64,000 bases of DNA from Candidatus Bathyarchaeia archaeon (lineage in GTDB: Archaea > Thermoproteota > Bathyarchaeia > Bathyarchaeales > Bathycorpusculaceae): assembly GCA_038882955.1 (NCBI GenBank), contig JAVZNC010000004.1:96001-160000 (forward strand), given 5' to 3'. Shown piece by piece: positions 39,080 to 49,301 of this stretch. The position numbers were made by a program, and so were the translations under genes. Below the pieces are notes generated by a model. It was not told the origin of the DNA. It ran no database searches and saw nothing but the letters and a program-made list of their open reading frames with translations. Position 1 is the stretch's first letter. Each line of letters begins with the position of its first letter.

Positions 39080-41374
39080 GTGGCGATGTTTATTTTGGAG
39101 AGAAGAAGGCTAGGGGTAGATAGTTTGCCAGCAGACCCTTTTGGAAATGATGTGGAAATAATCGAGAAAACCGTAAACGGAAGAAGAGTTAGGGTGAAGT
39201 GGGACTGGGGAAAATTCAAAAGCACAGAGGGATTCCCGGTTGACGATAACTTAATAAACTGGGTTATTGGACAAGAGCAAGCGCTAAACGAGTGTTTCCT
39301 CTGCCTCGACGAGTGGGTTCATAAGTTAAAATGGCTTGAAAAGACAAACTGGTATGAAAGCTGGAGCGACCCAAACAAGCCGAAACCATCAGCAAAAACA
39401 GCCATAAGCCCAGGACCATACCTACTGCTTTTGGGAGACCCTGGAACGGGCAAATCCTTGATTGGAAGGGCTTTAGCTGAAAAACTAACGCAAGTCTACA
39501 AGGAGAACGGCATAAAACTTTTTGATGTTTTGTGCTGGAAAAATCCAGTCTTGCCAAGTCAGCCGAAAATTTCGATTCACAAGGCTGGCGAGGGGAAGAA
39601 AATCCTAGTTAAAGAGCAGTTAAAAGAGCTTAAGAGGAAATTCGTCACGAAAGTTGGGCTTAAAGCCCTACAAATAATGCTAATAATTATGGGCTTGTTT
39701 CTCCTAGGCTTAGGCTTCTACTTCATGTACCAAGCATGGCAAACGTGGGAGATGAATCCCCTCCTCTACGGGCAGGAGCCACTACAAGAGTATTACAACT
39801 ACAATTTTATGGATTACCTTGTCAACAGGTTCGTCACCATAGTACCAGTAACATTCATCCCAGGCGGGAGCCTAATATTCTTCGGAGTATTCATATGGTG
39901 GTTCTCAAAACTTGGCGGAATGGGAAACTTGCGGGGAATCGGCGGCGCCCAACAAACAGAAGTTCCAAAACTGATAGTTGACAACAGCTCTGGACACGCG
40001 CCTTTTGTTGATGCAACTGGACACAGAAGCGCCCAATTATTTGGCTCAATCGCGTGGGACCCATACCAAACTGGCGGGTTAGGCACACCAGAACACCAAA
40101 GAGTTACAGCTGGAGACGTGCACAGAGCATCGCTTGGAATCCTATACATCGACGAGATTAAAAATTTGGATCCAGAAGAGGCTATTACGCTCTTGACAGT
40201 TCTTGAAGATGGACAGTTGCCGATAACCGTGAGGGGTAAGTGGCACGGCGGTGACACAGCGGCGATGGCGGTTTCAACAGAACCCGCTCCAGCCATAACT
40301 TTTCTTGTGGGCGCTGGAAACTTTGACAGCATTGGGCAGATTCATCCAGCGTTGATGGATAGAATTTACGGTTATGGCAAAGTGGTGAGAATGAATAATG
40401 ACATGCCAAACACTGTGGAGAACCGCCGCAAATACGTCCAGTTCATAGCCCAAGAAGTTAAACGCTTCAACCTCATACCATTCAGCCGCGAAGCATGCGA
40501 AGAAATAGTTGAGGAAGGAAGAAGACGAAGCAACAAACGGGATGCTCTAACAACAAAGTTTAGACCATTAATTTCAATAATTAAGACTGCGGCAACGCTT
40601 GCCATAAACGAAAACTGCAAGATCGTTGAAAGACGCCATGTACTCGAAGCTATAGGACACCACTGCAAAACAATTCAAAGGCAAATACTTGAGCATGAAA
40701 TGAACGAACGCGGAAAACTTTTGGAGATTTCGCCGAAAGGAGTAAAACTTGGACAGATATATGGCTTAGCGGTTGTAAGAGATCCCTACAGCGGAGAAAT
40801 GACTGGAAGCGTCCTCTGCGTGAAAGCACACATGGCCAAAAGAAGCGAATTGTCGCGTAACTATCCAATTAAGGGCTATTACAAGGTTACTGGCGTTGCG
40901 AAGGGACAAAGCTTCATAGCGGACAGCATAGCCAAAGTTCGCAGCGTAATCCTACAAAAATACGGCATAGACATTGCCCAAGACTATTTAACGCACATAG
41001 ACTTTGCTCAATCCTACGGCGTCGATGGACCATCAGCAGGAGTGACAATGGCAATACTGCTATGCTCGTTGATTGAGGGCAAGCCGATAAGGCAGGATGT
41101 GGCGGTTACTGGCGAGATAAACCTTGGCGTTGGGAACGCTATACAAGTGACGGCTGTCGGCGGAGTTTACGAGAAGATTAAGGCTGCTGAGGCGTGGGGC
41201 TTCAAGAAGGTTGTTATTCCACAGAAGAACTTTGAGCATTCAATCGATATTAGAGACTACAAGATTGAGGTTGTGCCAGCCGCAACGCTTGACGATTACT
41301 TGAGAGAATGCCTTGTTGAAAAGCCAGAGATAAAGGTTCAAGTCAAAACATTTAAACATAGAAAGCAAGGCTAA
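39080..41374 (+). CDS. lonB: Membrane-bound Lon protease (LonB)
   Basis: GDPGTGKS, TM insertion, YIDE, DGPSAG and GGVYEK motifs. Confidence 0.93.
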   Translation: MAMFILERRRLGVDSLPADPFGNDVEIIEKTVNGRRVRVKWDWGKFKSTEGFPVDDNLINWVIGQEQALNECFLCLDEWVHKLKWLEKTNWYESWSDPNKPKPSAKTAISPGPYLLLLGDPGTGKSLIGRALAEKLTQVYKENGIKLFDVLCWKNPVLPSQPKISIHKAGEGKKILVKEQLKELKRKFVTKVGLKALQIMLIIMGLFLLGLGFYFMYQAWQTWEMNPLLYGQEPLQEYYNYNFMDYLVNRFVTIVPVTFIPGGSLIFFGVFIWWFSKLGGMGNLRGIGGAQQTEVPKLIVDNSSGHAPFVDATGHRSAQLFGSIAWDPYQTGGLGTPEHQRVTAGDVHRASLGILYIDEIKNLDPEEAITLLTVLEDGQLPITVRGKWHGGDTAAMAVSTEPAPAITFLVGAGNFDSIGQIHPALMDRIYGYGKVVRMNNDMPNTVENRRKYVQFIAQEVKRFNLIPFSREACEEIVEEGRRRSNKRDALTTKFRPLISIIKTAATLAINENCKIVERRHVLEAIGHHCKTIQRQILEHEMNERGKLLEISPKGVKLGQIYGLAVVRDPYSGEMTGSVLCVKAHMAKRSELSRNYPIKGYYKVTGVAKGQSFIADSIAKVRSVILQKYGIDIAQDYLTHIDFAQSYGVDGPSAGVTMAILLCSLIEGKPIRQDVAVTGEINLGVGNAIQVTAVGGVYEKIKAAEAWGFKKVVIPQKNFEHSIDIRDYKIEVVPAATLDDYLRECLVEKPEIKVQVKTFKHRKQG

Positions 41375-41605
41375 CCACCGCAAAAATGCAACTTTTCAAT
41401 GTCCAACCTTTAGTAGCCAGTTGCCACAGTTGACTAGGTATTACCAAACTTATGCATATGCAACCGTAACTTCACCAATACAACCATACTCTCCTCATAG
41501 CGAAAAACCCGTATACAAAAGCATCAACAAAAACACGCATTTTTCAATAGTTTTTTATCTTCTATCCATTAATCAGCTTTATAGACGCAAGGCAAACGAG
41601 AGGCA

Positions 41606-42040
41606 TTGAATATGAGAAGTGTCGACAAGGCGGAGCTTCGCAGATGGCGAAAGAGAGGCTTTTACAGCGAGAACGTTTTGGTGAAACTCCTAATGAAGAG
41701 CGGCTATAACGCCGTGCGCATTCCAGTGAGCAACCCAAGCCTAAGCCCACTTCCAGACATCATTGCAAGAAAAGACGCGCATGTCTACGCCTTTGAGGTT
41801 AAAAATGCTGGATATTACGCATACTTTCCCAAACAACAAATAGAGAAGCTGTTCAGGTTCCTAAACGAGCTTGTCCCACTTGAAAACAAACTTAAACACG
41901 CTGTTCTCGCTGCGCACTTGGGCAAGAAATGGGTTTTTAGGGAAGTTGACTGGAAGGATTGGGAGAAAGGAAAAATCCCAGAGAAAGTCAGAATTCTAAA
42001 GAGAGACAGAGGAAACTTCAACCTAGAAAAGGGAAGCTAA
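41606..42040 (+). CDS. Hjc-like PD-(D/E)xK nuclease
   Basis: G...E...GY..VRIPVS...PDIIA...FEVK. Confidence 0.8.
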   Translation: MNMRSVDKAELRRWRKRGFYSENVLVKLLMKSGYNAVRIPVSNPSLSPLPDIIARKDAHVYAFEVKNAGYYAYFPKQQIEKLFRFLNELVPLENKLKHAVLAAHLGKKWVFREVDWKDWEKGKIPEKVRILKRDRGNFNLEKGS

Positions 42041-42166
42041 CCTTTAAGATGAAACGTCTTCCTCGCTGCTTTAATATCTACTTTGCGAGATTTTATTCCG
42101 TGAACTATAGCTTAAATAGAAAGTCTTTTAAGCACAGTTCTGGAAGCCTGATTTTTAAGCATTCTA

Positions 42167-42874
42167 ATGTATAATTTTCGGGGACTAGAAATGAATGTTG
42201 AAAGAAACCTGATTATTACAATTCTAAAGTTGACCAGAAATGGACCAATTTTACATAAATTAATCAATAAAGAGGCGAACGTTCCATTGCGAAATTGTAG
42301 AAAGTTGCTGTTAAAATTGCAAAATGATGGATTTATTTATGTCAAGGGAGCACTAGTTGAAGCAGATGGGACGCAACGCCTAAAATTGGCTGTTAAAGCG
42401 CTAAGCCTAGGCGCAGACATCGAAACCGTAAGCGCCTTTCTGCAGTGGCGAGAATTTGAAGAAATCGCTGCAACAGCTTTGGAGAGAAACGGCTACAGCG
42501 TATCAAAGAACATCCATTTCAGTTATGCTGGGCGAAGGTGGGAGATGGATGTTGTCGGATGCCGAAAACCAATAGTCCTATGCATTGACTGTAAGCATTG
42601 GCACCGTGCAATTTCGCCTTCTGCTTTAAAAACGGTTGTTGCGGAGCAAACGCAGAGAACATGGGCTTTCGCTGAGGCTCTGCCAACACTTGCGGGCAAG
42701 GTTGAATGCGCCATGTGGGATAGTGCATGCTTAGTTCCAACGGTGCTATCGCTTGTTGCTGGAAAATTCAAATTCTACGATAACGTGCCCATCGTTCCAG
42801 TCTTGCAGCTTCAAGATTTCATAAATCAGCTTCCGGCATACGTTGAATCTTTAAGGCATTTTAAAAAACCCTAG
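42167..42874 (+). CDS. wHTH plus restriction-endonuclease-like (Mrr-type) protein
   Basis: WREFEE, EMDVV and IDCKHW motifs. Confidence 0.75.
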   Translation: MYNFRGLEMNVERNLIITILKLTRNGPILHKLINKEANVPLRNCRKLLLKLQNDGFIYVKGALVEADGTQRLKLAVKALSLGADIETVSAFLQWREFEEIAATALERNGYSVSKNIHFSYAGRRWEMDVVGCRKPIVLCIDCKHWHRAISPSALKTVVAEQTQRTWAFAEALPTLAGKVECAMWDSACLVPTVLSLVAGKFKFYDNVPIVPVLQLQDFINQLPAYVESLRHFKKP

Positions 42875-43140
42875 CCGACAAGCTCGACAATTGTCCCCAA
42901 AGCTTGACCCGGCACGCCTCTTCTGAATTTCGCTCTAACCAAACCCTTTTTTCCATGCAAAGCCACAATTTTGCCTACAATCCTGTTTTTTCCATTTTTC
43001 CATGCAACCTTTCGTCCAACAAGCCTACACGCTTCAGAAAATGATTTCACGTGGCTAAACTGGATTATGCATTCTTTAGGTCTCTGACTTCTAGGACCAA
43101 CGCGATAATTGACTATGATTCCACTAGCTTGCTGAGCCAA
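42871..43140 (-). CDS. rpl35ae: 50S ribosomal protein L35Ae
   Basis: GKIVALHGKKGLVRAKF..GVPGQALG. Confidence 0.93.
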   Translation of the reverse strand: MAQQASGIIVNYRVGPRSQRPKECIIQFSHVKSFSEACRLVGRKVAWKNGKNRIVGKIVALHGKKGLVRAKFRRGVPGQALGTIVELVG

Positions 43141-43277
43141 GCCTCATCACCCAAAATTTTAGACAAAAATAAGGTTTTAAATTCATTTCGGTCTATTGGC
43201 CGCCATCGTAAACGTGGAAACAGTAATAAGAAAATTGTGCTGAAACAAGATTCTAACAAGAGAAAGGGAGCTTCAAG

Positions 43278-44579
43278 ATGTTCAACAATTACATTTCTAG
43301 AACTGCAAAGTCAAGGGCCTTGTATGAAAGAGCAAAGAGGGTTTTGCCCGCTGGTGTTTCATATGGCATAAGGTTTTTTGAGCCATACCCCTTCTACACA
43401 GCCAAAGCGAAGGGAAGCAAACTTTACGACGCTGATGGAAACGAGTACATAGACTTCTGGCTTGGACACACAGCGCTCATACTTGGGCACAGTCCAAAAC
43501 CAGTAGTTGAAGCTGTTAAGAGGCAGCTTGAAAATGGCACCCATTACGGGACATGCCACGAGTTAGAAATAGCATTGGCAGAACAGGTCATGAAGATGGT
43601 TCCAAACGTGGATATGGTGCGCTTCACAAACTCTGGAACAGAGGCAAACATGTACGCAGTTCGCTTGGCAAGAGCCTACGCAAAAAGACAGAAAATCGCA
43701 AAGTTTGAAGGCGGATGGCACGGCGGATACGACGCGCTACACGTAGGCGTAAAATATCCATTTGACATGCCAGAATCCGCTGGACTAACAAGTGGAGCCA
43801 CACGAGACACTGTGCTTTTGCCATTTAACGACATCGACGGCGTGAGAAAAAAATTACAGAATGAAAAGGATGTTGCCGCCATAATAATCGAGCCAGTCCT
43901 AGGCGCTGGCGGCGGAATCCCCGCAGAAAAAGAATTTTTGAAGGAACTTAGAGAAATCTGCGATGAAAAAGATATTCTGTTAATCTTTGATGAGGTGATT
44001 ACTGGATTTAGGTTGGCTCCGGGTGGCGCCCAACAATTCTTCAACGTCAAGTCGGACATCACTGTTCTAGGGAAAATTTTGGGCGGAGGCTTTCCAGTAG
44101 GAGCCTTCTGCGGACGAAGGGAAATCATGGAGAAACTTGACACGACAATTTATGAAAGACCAAACTACGCTTTCCACGGCGGGACGTTCACGGCAAACCC
44201 GATAACAATGACTGCGGGTTTAGCAACATTGAAAATTTTGGAGGACGGCAAACTGATAAACGAGCTAAACACGCTTGGAGACAAAATAAGGAAAGAGTTA
44301 AAGGAAATCTTCGAAAAAAGCGGCGTTAGCGTGCAAATTACTGGTGCAAGCTCAATTTTCAATGTACACTTCACAAAAGAGGAAGTTAAAGATGCAAGAG
44401 CTACCTTTAGAGCTGACAGAAAGAAACTTTTAGACTACAACTTGGAACTAATCGCCAATGGAATCTTTTTCTTGCCAACGCATAACGGCACGTTAAGCAC
44501 GGCTCACACAAAAAATGACATAGAAAAACTTTTCACAGAAACCGAAAAATACGCAAAAACGCAAAAAGGAGCGAAATAA
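43278..44579 (+). CDS. hemL: Class III aminotransferase, glutamate-1-semialdehyde aminomutase-like
   Basis: NSGTEA, FDEVITGFR, GKILGGG and GGTF motifs. Confidence 0.8.
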   Translation: MFNNYISRTAKSRALYERAKRVLPAGVSYGIRFFEPYPFYTAKAKGSKLYDADGNEYIDFWLGHTALILGHSPKPVVEAVKRQLENGTHYGTCHELEIALAEQVMKMVPNVDMVRFTNSGTEANMYAVRLARAYAKRQKIAKFEGGWHGGYDALHVGVKYPFDMPESAGLTSGATRDTVLLPFNDIDGVRKKLQNEKDVAAIIIEPVLGAGGGIPAEKEFLKELREICDEKDILLIFDEVITGFRLAPGGAQQFFNVKSDITVLGKILGGGFPVGAFCGRREIMEKLDTTIYERPNYAFHGGTFTANPITMTAGLATLKILEDGKLINELNTLGDKIRKELKEIFEKSGVSVQITGASSIFNVHFTKEEVKDARATFRADRKKLLDYNLELIANGIFFLPTHNGTLSTAHTKNDIEKLFTETEKYAKTQKGAK

Positions 44580-44582
44580 GCC

Positions 44583-45212
44583 CTAAAGCTTGCCTTTCGC
44601 GCGTTTAAGCATAAGCTCAGCCCTTTTCAAATCCAATTGAGTATTCACATTAAAGAATGTCCTAAGCTCCGAATCCAACTGTTGCAGAACAAGGGTTGAA
44701 ACATAACGTACTTCACGCAGCTCACCAATCATTGACCGCATATTCAAGCCGCCAGCAGCCAAAGCCCTTCCAGCTGCCTCCAAAGCTGGTTTAACACGAT
44801 AAACAGCTTGTAATGGTTCTATGTAGCCGTTTGGCCACCGTGGAATGGCAGCATTCCTATTTATGCAAAGCTCAAAAAGGAGTGAGACTATTTCGCTTGA
44901 TATGAATGGAACATCGCATGGAAGTAGTAGGGCATATTCACCGCTTGCCACTCTTAAGCCCGTCAATGTCCCCAAAAGCGGAGTGCGTATTTCCCTTTCG
45001 TCAACCGCCAACTTAACATTCGAATTGAGTATTTCCATGTAGTTCTCAAGTTGGATTTTTGAGCTGACAACAACAATCTTTTCTTCGACAACCTTTTCCA
45101 CAGCATCTAAAACGTGCCTTATTAGGGGCTTGTCTGCAAGTAGCATTAGCCCCTTGTCCTTTCCAAATCTGCTGGAAAATCCTCCAGCGAGGACTATTGC
45201 TGACCTATCCAA
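44583..45212 (-). CDS. mobA: Molybdenum/tungsten cofactor guanylyltransferase
   Basis: LAGG.SSRFG.DK, CDVP, EPL.AVY and FNVNT motifs. Confidence 0.92.
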   Translation of the reverse strand: MDRSAIVLAGGFSSRFGKDKGLMLLADKPLIRHVLDAVEKVVEEKIVVVSSKIQLENYMEILNSNVKLAVDEREIRTPLLGTLTGLRVASGEYALLLPCDVPFISSEIVSLLFELCINRNAAIPRWPNGYIEPLQAVYRVKPALEAAGRALAAGGLNMRSMIGELREVRYVSTLVLQQLDSELRTFFNVNTQLDLKRAELMLKRAKGKL

Positions 45213-45232
45213 TAACTGCTAGTCTCCAGTTT

Positions 45233-45610
45233 TCATTTTGACTTTGCCAAGGCACGCGCGGCTTCCGCAATTATAAACAAGCCTATCAGGATTATTACAA
45301 TGGCATACCATGGTAACATTTGCAAGTAACCCGTCACAGCTAACCCGCCGAGAACGAAGGCTAATATGCCTATGAATAGGCTGAACTTGCTGAGTCCCAT
45401 CCCTAAGCCGGTTCTGGCAACGTTTAATCCAATTAGAATTATGCCCGTCGCAACGGCAATGTAGGGCAGCATAGCCTCAAAGGTCATTCCATAACCAGTC
45501 ATGGCTAAGCTGACGCCAATCATCACGAAAAACAGTCCCCATGCAAGAGACGTTAAAGCAACATTTTTGTTCAAAGTTTGCACCACACGAACTGAAACGT
45601 TTACTAACAA
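45233..45610 (-). CDS. Four-TM membrane protein
   Basis: Hydrophobic helices. Confidence 0.7.
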   Translation of the reverse strand: MLVNVSVRVVQTLNKNVALTSLAWGLFFVMIGVSLAMTGYGMTFEAMLPYIAVATGIILIGLNVARTGLGMGLSKFSLFIGILAFVLGGLAVTGYLQMLPWYAIVIILIGLFIIAEAARALAKSK

Positions 45611-45714
45611 GCAATATAAGATTATCGCACAAGTTCGACGTATGAAATATTACTAATGCGGAATAGCCTATATTACTGTATCAGGGCAAAGTCTAAGATG
45701 AAGAGGCGAAACTA

Positions 45715-45837
45715 ATGAACTCGGAGATTAAAGAGCTCAGCAGAATCATTTGCAAGCAATGCGATGAAAAGGACTATGAGAAATGCAGAAACTGCAAGAT
45801 ATACTGGCTGATCAACAAGATAGCAAACGGAAGCTAA
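45715..45837 (+). CDS. 40-aa CxxC-x7-CxxC microprotein
   Basis: GAGGCG RBS; MNSEIKELSRIICKQCDEKDYEKCRNCKIYWLINKIANGS. Confidence 0.55.
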   Translation: MNSEIKELSRIICKQCDEKDYEKCRNCKIYWLINKIANGS

Positions 45838-46616
45838 ACCAAACCGTCAATTTTTTCCGCTATGTCCTCAAGAATCTTTGCAAACGGGTGTTCGGGTTTT
45901 TCCTGTGCGAATATTATGTATTCTTCGCCTTTCAAAACATCGCAGAAGCATGGAATTATGCCTAAAAGCGGTGCTTGATAAACGTCCTTAATTCTGGATT
46001 GAAGCTCTTTCCCGCTCCTTAATGAGATGTCATTCAAAACCTTGTTGAGAACAATTTCGGTTTTCTTCTCAAACAACTCGTAAAGTTCCCTAAGCATACG
46101 CCTTGTGCCATCAACATCAGACCTGTCAAAGGTTGTTGCCACAATAACAACGTCGGCGCTTACAATCGCGTTTATCGAGGAGTACTGCAGCCCTGGACTA
46201 GTGTCAAAAATTATGTAATCAAAACCCCTATCGTTCAAAAGCGAGTTCCGAAGAGACAAAAGCCTACCCAGAGCGCGCATCTCCCACTTCCTATCCTTTG
46301 CGGTCATATCCCTAATTGCTTCCGTTGCGGGATTAGCGAAACAAACGAAAAATTTACCATTATTTTTGATTTTGTCGCTTAAGTCCACTAAAACCTTGTC
46401 AATTTCACACGTACCATTCAAGTAATCGTTCAGCCAATAATTCACATTTTCAGCCTTAAGAAGCGTTGCAATGCTTGGAGCGCGAAAGTCAAGGTCTAAA
46501 AGGCAAACTTTTTTGCCATGTTTGGCAAGTGTTGCCGCTAAATTTATCGATATTATTGTTTTTCCAGTCCCGCCCTTGTAAGAGTGAACAGCAATTATTT
46601 TGCCCATACGAATCAC
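45834..46616 (-). CDS. MinD/ParA family ATPase
   Basis: Deviant Walker A KGGTGKT, DLD and DTSPG motifs. Confidence 0.92.
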   Translation of the reverse strand: MIRMGKIIAVHSYKGGTGKTIISINLAATLAKHGKKVCLLDLDFRAPSIATLLKAENVNYWLNDYLNGTCEIDKVLVDLSDKIKNNGKFFVCFANPATEAIRDMTAKDRKWEMRALGRLLSLRNSLLNDRGFDYIIFDTSPGLQYSSINAIVSADVVIVATTFDRSDVDGTRRMLRELYELFEKKTEIVLNKVLNDISLRSGKELQSRIKDVYQAPLLGIIPCFCDVLKGEEYIIFAQEKPEHPFAKILEDIAEKIDGLV

Positions 46617-46987
46617 CCTTGACTTTCCCTGTCAACGTAGAAGTAGGCTTTACGCCCCTTACGCTCCTTCTTCAAATACCCCATAATCACAAGCTGGTTC
46701 AAATAGGCGCTTTCAACAGCCCTAGCCCTGCGGGTCTGCTGGGCTATCTCATCCGCAGTTGCTCTCCCAAGTCTACAAACGGTCATCGCCGTCTTTCTGA
46801 GATGGTCTGGCATCGAAAGCAGCGTCATAACATCTAAGGGTGCTTCAGGCAAGGGTTGTAATTCTTTTCTTTCGCGTTTTTGCAGTTCAATTATTATTTC
46901 CATTTTCTCGTTTAGCTTCTCAAGGTTTTCTTTAATCTTTTCAAGAATCTGCAGGGGTTTCTTCCCTAAAGCTTCCTCTTTTGCCAC
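46613..46987 (-). CDS. Coiled-coil plus wHTH DNA-binding protein
   Basis: ATADEIA..T.RARAVESAYLNQL...RKGRK. Confidence 0.8.
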   Translation of the reverse strand: MAKEEALGKKPLQILEKIKENLEKLNEKMEIIIELQKRERKELQPLPEAPLDVMTLLSMPDHLRKTAMTVCRLGRATADEIAQQTRRARAVESAYLNQLVIMGYLKKERKGRKAYFYVDRESQG

Positions 46988-47001
46988 CGTCTTTCCCCGT
47001 T

Positions 47002-47028
47002 GTGTATTACACGTGTACAGTTAGTGTA
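47002..47028. repeat. Three GTGTA repeats at 11-bp spacing with overlapping palindromes
   Basis: GTGTA at 47002, 47013 and 47024; palindromes GTGTATTACAC and TACACGTGTA. Confidence 0.55.
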
Positions 47029-47309
47029 GAAGCCAAGAGCCTTTATTAAGTCTTACGAAACAATCATCATTATTCACAAGACAAACACAAACTACTTACG
47101 ACAAAAACCAGTTTTACAATAAAAGGCGCCCATAAAAAGGATAAACAATAACATAAAGATAAATAATGCGGCGGTATACTGCGTTGCGAAAACCGCTAGC
47201 TTCTCCAACATGGCGCATCATAAGAACGAAAAACTTAGAAAAATAAAAGACGTATTTCACTGTTTGAAATATTATTAGAAATGATGGCTTATTATAGAAA
47301 ATTTGGAAT

Positions 47310-47606
47310 CTAATATGGCACTAGCGCCTTGTTCCTGGCTTCCTCGACGATTGGCAGTACTTGTTTAAGCTCCCTGAAGTATTTGAGCACAGTTATGCCC
47401 TTCTGCGTTATTGCGTAAACAACTCTTCTTTTGCCAACGGTCCTTTCCTCGATTAGGTTTTGTTTAATCAAAAAGTCCAAGTATTCCTTAAGCACGCTAC
47501 AGTTCACGTTAGCCTTATACATTATATGCGTCAACTTTAATGGACCACGGTGAGCTAACACTTTAAGTATATCTATATACATTTCGAGTTTGGAACGTCT
47601 CATCAT
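47310..47606 (-). CDS. Archaeal wHTH transcriptional regulator
   Basis: RRSKLE..IDIL...THIMYKANVN...Y.IT.KG. Confidence 0.88.
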   Translation of the reverse strand: MMRRSKLEMYIDILKVLAHRGPLKLTHIMYKANVNCSVLKEYLDFLIKQNLIEERTVGKRRVVYAITQKGITVLKYFRELKQVLPIVEEARNKALVPY

Positions 47607-47689
47607 CCAAACCTCTTGGCGATATTTTCACCCTTTTTATATAAAGCTTTTATGGATTCAAACTACGTCTTTTTCCTATTTAGTCAGCA

Positions 47690-47890
47690 TTAGTAGCTCC
47701 TTTTCCTCTGTGCTCGCATTAACACGTTTATTCTATTTTGGAAAGCCGTAACCATGTCATCTAGCAATATTTTTTGCAATTCCGCTGAAAGCCCCTTAAT
47801 GTTTTCTTTGAGAACTTTAGCCATCTTGGCTTCCAAATCTTTCCTCTGTTTCAAAGTTATGCTTTGTCTCAAAGAGTTTCCTCCACCCAT
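47690..47890 (-). CDS. Small hypothetical protein
   Basis: Amphipathic helical ORF, co-oriented with its neighbours. Confidence 0.55.
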   Translation of the reverse strand: MGGGNSLRQSITLKQRKDLEAKMAKVLKENIKGLSAELQKILLDDMVTAFQNRINVLMRAQRKRSY

Positions 47891-48004
47891 TTACGCACAA
47901 GAATAGGCATAGAGTATATAACTAACTTATGAATTCAAAATTCATATTCAAAATAAATGAGCCAATTGGAGAACATTTTTATCTATTTGCTTGATTAATT
48001 TTTA

Positions 48005-48070
48005 TTGCCGGATGATGAGAAGGCATTAGATTGACTGGAGGATGAAATCTCAGAGTTACTCGGACGGCAA
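48005..48070 (+). ncRNA. Box C/D guide sRNA (predicted 23S rRNA H69 guide)
   Basis: Stem TTGCCG/CGGCAA; C box ATGATGA, D' TTGA, C' AGGATGA, D CGGA. Confidence 0.75.
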
Positions 48071-48163
48071 CGAACAAGAAACTTTTCTTAAAATAAGCAG
48101 AAAGTAAAAATTAGGGTGTCAATTTACTAACTGAATCTAAACTGAAAAATGAGTGGATAGCAC

Positions 48164-49273
48164 ATGAAAACGTTGAACGAGGATGAAGTCGAATATCTGG
48201 TCTATGGTGCAACAACTTTGGGCACTGGTGGTGGTGGAAATCCAAAAAAAGGTTTGAAATTACTTATTGAAGATATGCGGAAAGGACGAAGACTTAGAAT
48301 TGCAGATTTAAATGAGCTATCTGATAATGATATAATTGTCTGTCCTTATTTCTGCGGCACCATTGCTCCCACGACTCAAAAGCATGAAAACATCGTATAT
48401 AGTGATCCAATAGTTGAATCCTTCAAAAAAATTGAAAAAACTTTAGGTGAAAAAATTTCGGCTGTTGCAACCACCGAACTAGGCGGCTTTAACACAGCAG
48501 CAGCTCTGCATGTAGCCTCTGTGATGGATATACCGTTAGTCGATGGAGACTATGTTGGCAGAGCTGCTCCAGAATTACTACAGTCCACAGCCAACATTTT
48601 CGGCATCCCCTTGTTACCCAGCGTAATCACAACAGAAACTGGCAATTTAGTTATCATTGAGAAATGCGCCAACTTAGATGAGTATGAGCGCATTGCCAGA
48701 ACAGTATCTCTGACAAGTGGCAGCGCTGCCGTTGTTGACACCCCAATCAAAGGAAATTTAGCCAAAAAAGTTCTAATCAAAGGTTCTGTTTCGAAATGCA
48801 TAGAAATTGGAGAAACCGTGAAAAAAGCGAACGCTGTTGGACGAAATCCAATACTTGAACTTATAAAAAGCCTTGGCGGAGTCCTTGTGTTTAAGGGCTC
48901 GGTAAAAAATTACTCATGGAATGATACTGGCGGCTTCCTTTATGGAGAGGCCATCTACGAAGGAGTTGACGAATGGAAAAAGCATGAACTTAAAATATGG
49001 ATTAAAAACGAGAACATAATCGCTTGGGTAGATGGAGAGGTTGCTGTTACTGCACCTGACTTAATAGTTGTTGTGAATGAAAAAGGCTATGGCATTACAA
49101 ACACGGAGCTAAAGGAAGGGATGAAAGCGTTTGTTATAGGCGTTAAAGCTCCGAATGTGTGGACTACTAAAAAGGGTCTAGAACTTTTCGGTCCAAGACA
49201 CTTTGGCTTCGAGTTTGACTATAAACCTCTTGAAATTGGAGAGTGCAAATGTTTTGAAACGCGTTTGAAATGA
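48164..49273 (+). CDS. DUF917 family protein
   Basis: LGTGGGG, ELGG.N, DGD..GRA.PE, NEN and PDL motifs. Confidence 0.88.
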   Translation: MKTLNEDEVEYLVYGATTLGTGGGGNPKKGLKLLIEDMRKGRRLRIADLNELSDNDIIVCPYFCGTIAPTTQKHENIVYSDPIVESFKKIEKTLGEKISAVATTELGGFNTAAALHVASVMDIPLVDGDYVGRAAPELLQSTANIFGIPLLPSVITTETGNLVIIEKCANLDEYERIARTVSLTSGSAAVVDTPIKGNLAKKVLIKGSVSKCIEIGETVKKANAVGRNPILELIKSLGGVLVFKGSVKNYSWNDTGGFLYGEAIYEGVDEWKKHELKIWIKNENIIAWVDGEVAVTAPDLIVVVNEKGYGITNTELKEGMKAFVIGVKAPNVWTTKKGLELFGPRHFGFEFDYKPLEIGECKCFETRLK

Positions 49274-49301
49274 GAAAAAGGAGAAAGTTGACTGAGGCTT
49301 G

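Noticed and set aside
41606-42874. Hjc-like and Mrr-like nucleases as a defence island
   Set aside because: They lie between the core genes lonB and rpl35Ae, with no methylase or mobility signs.
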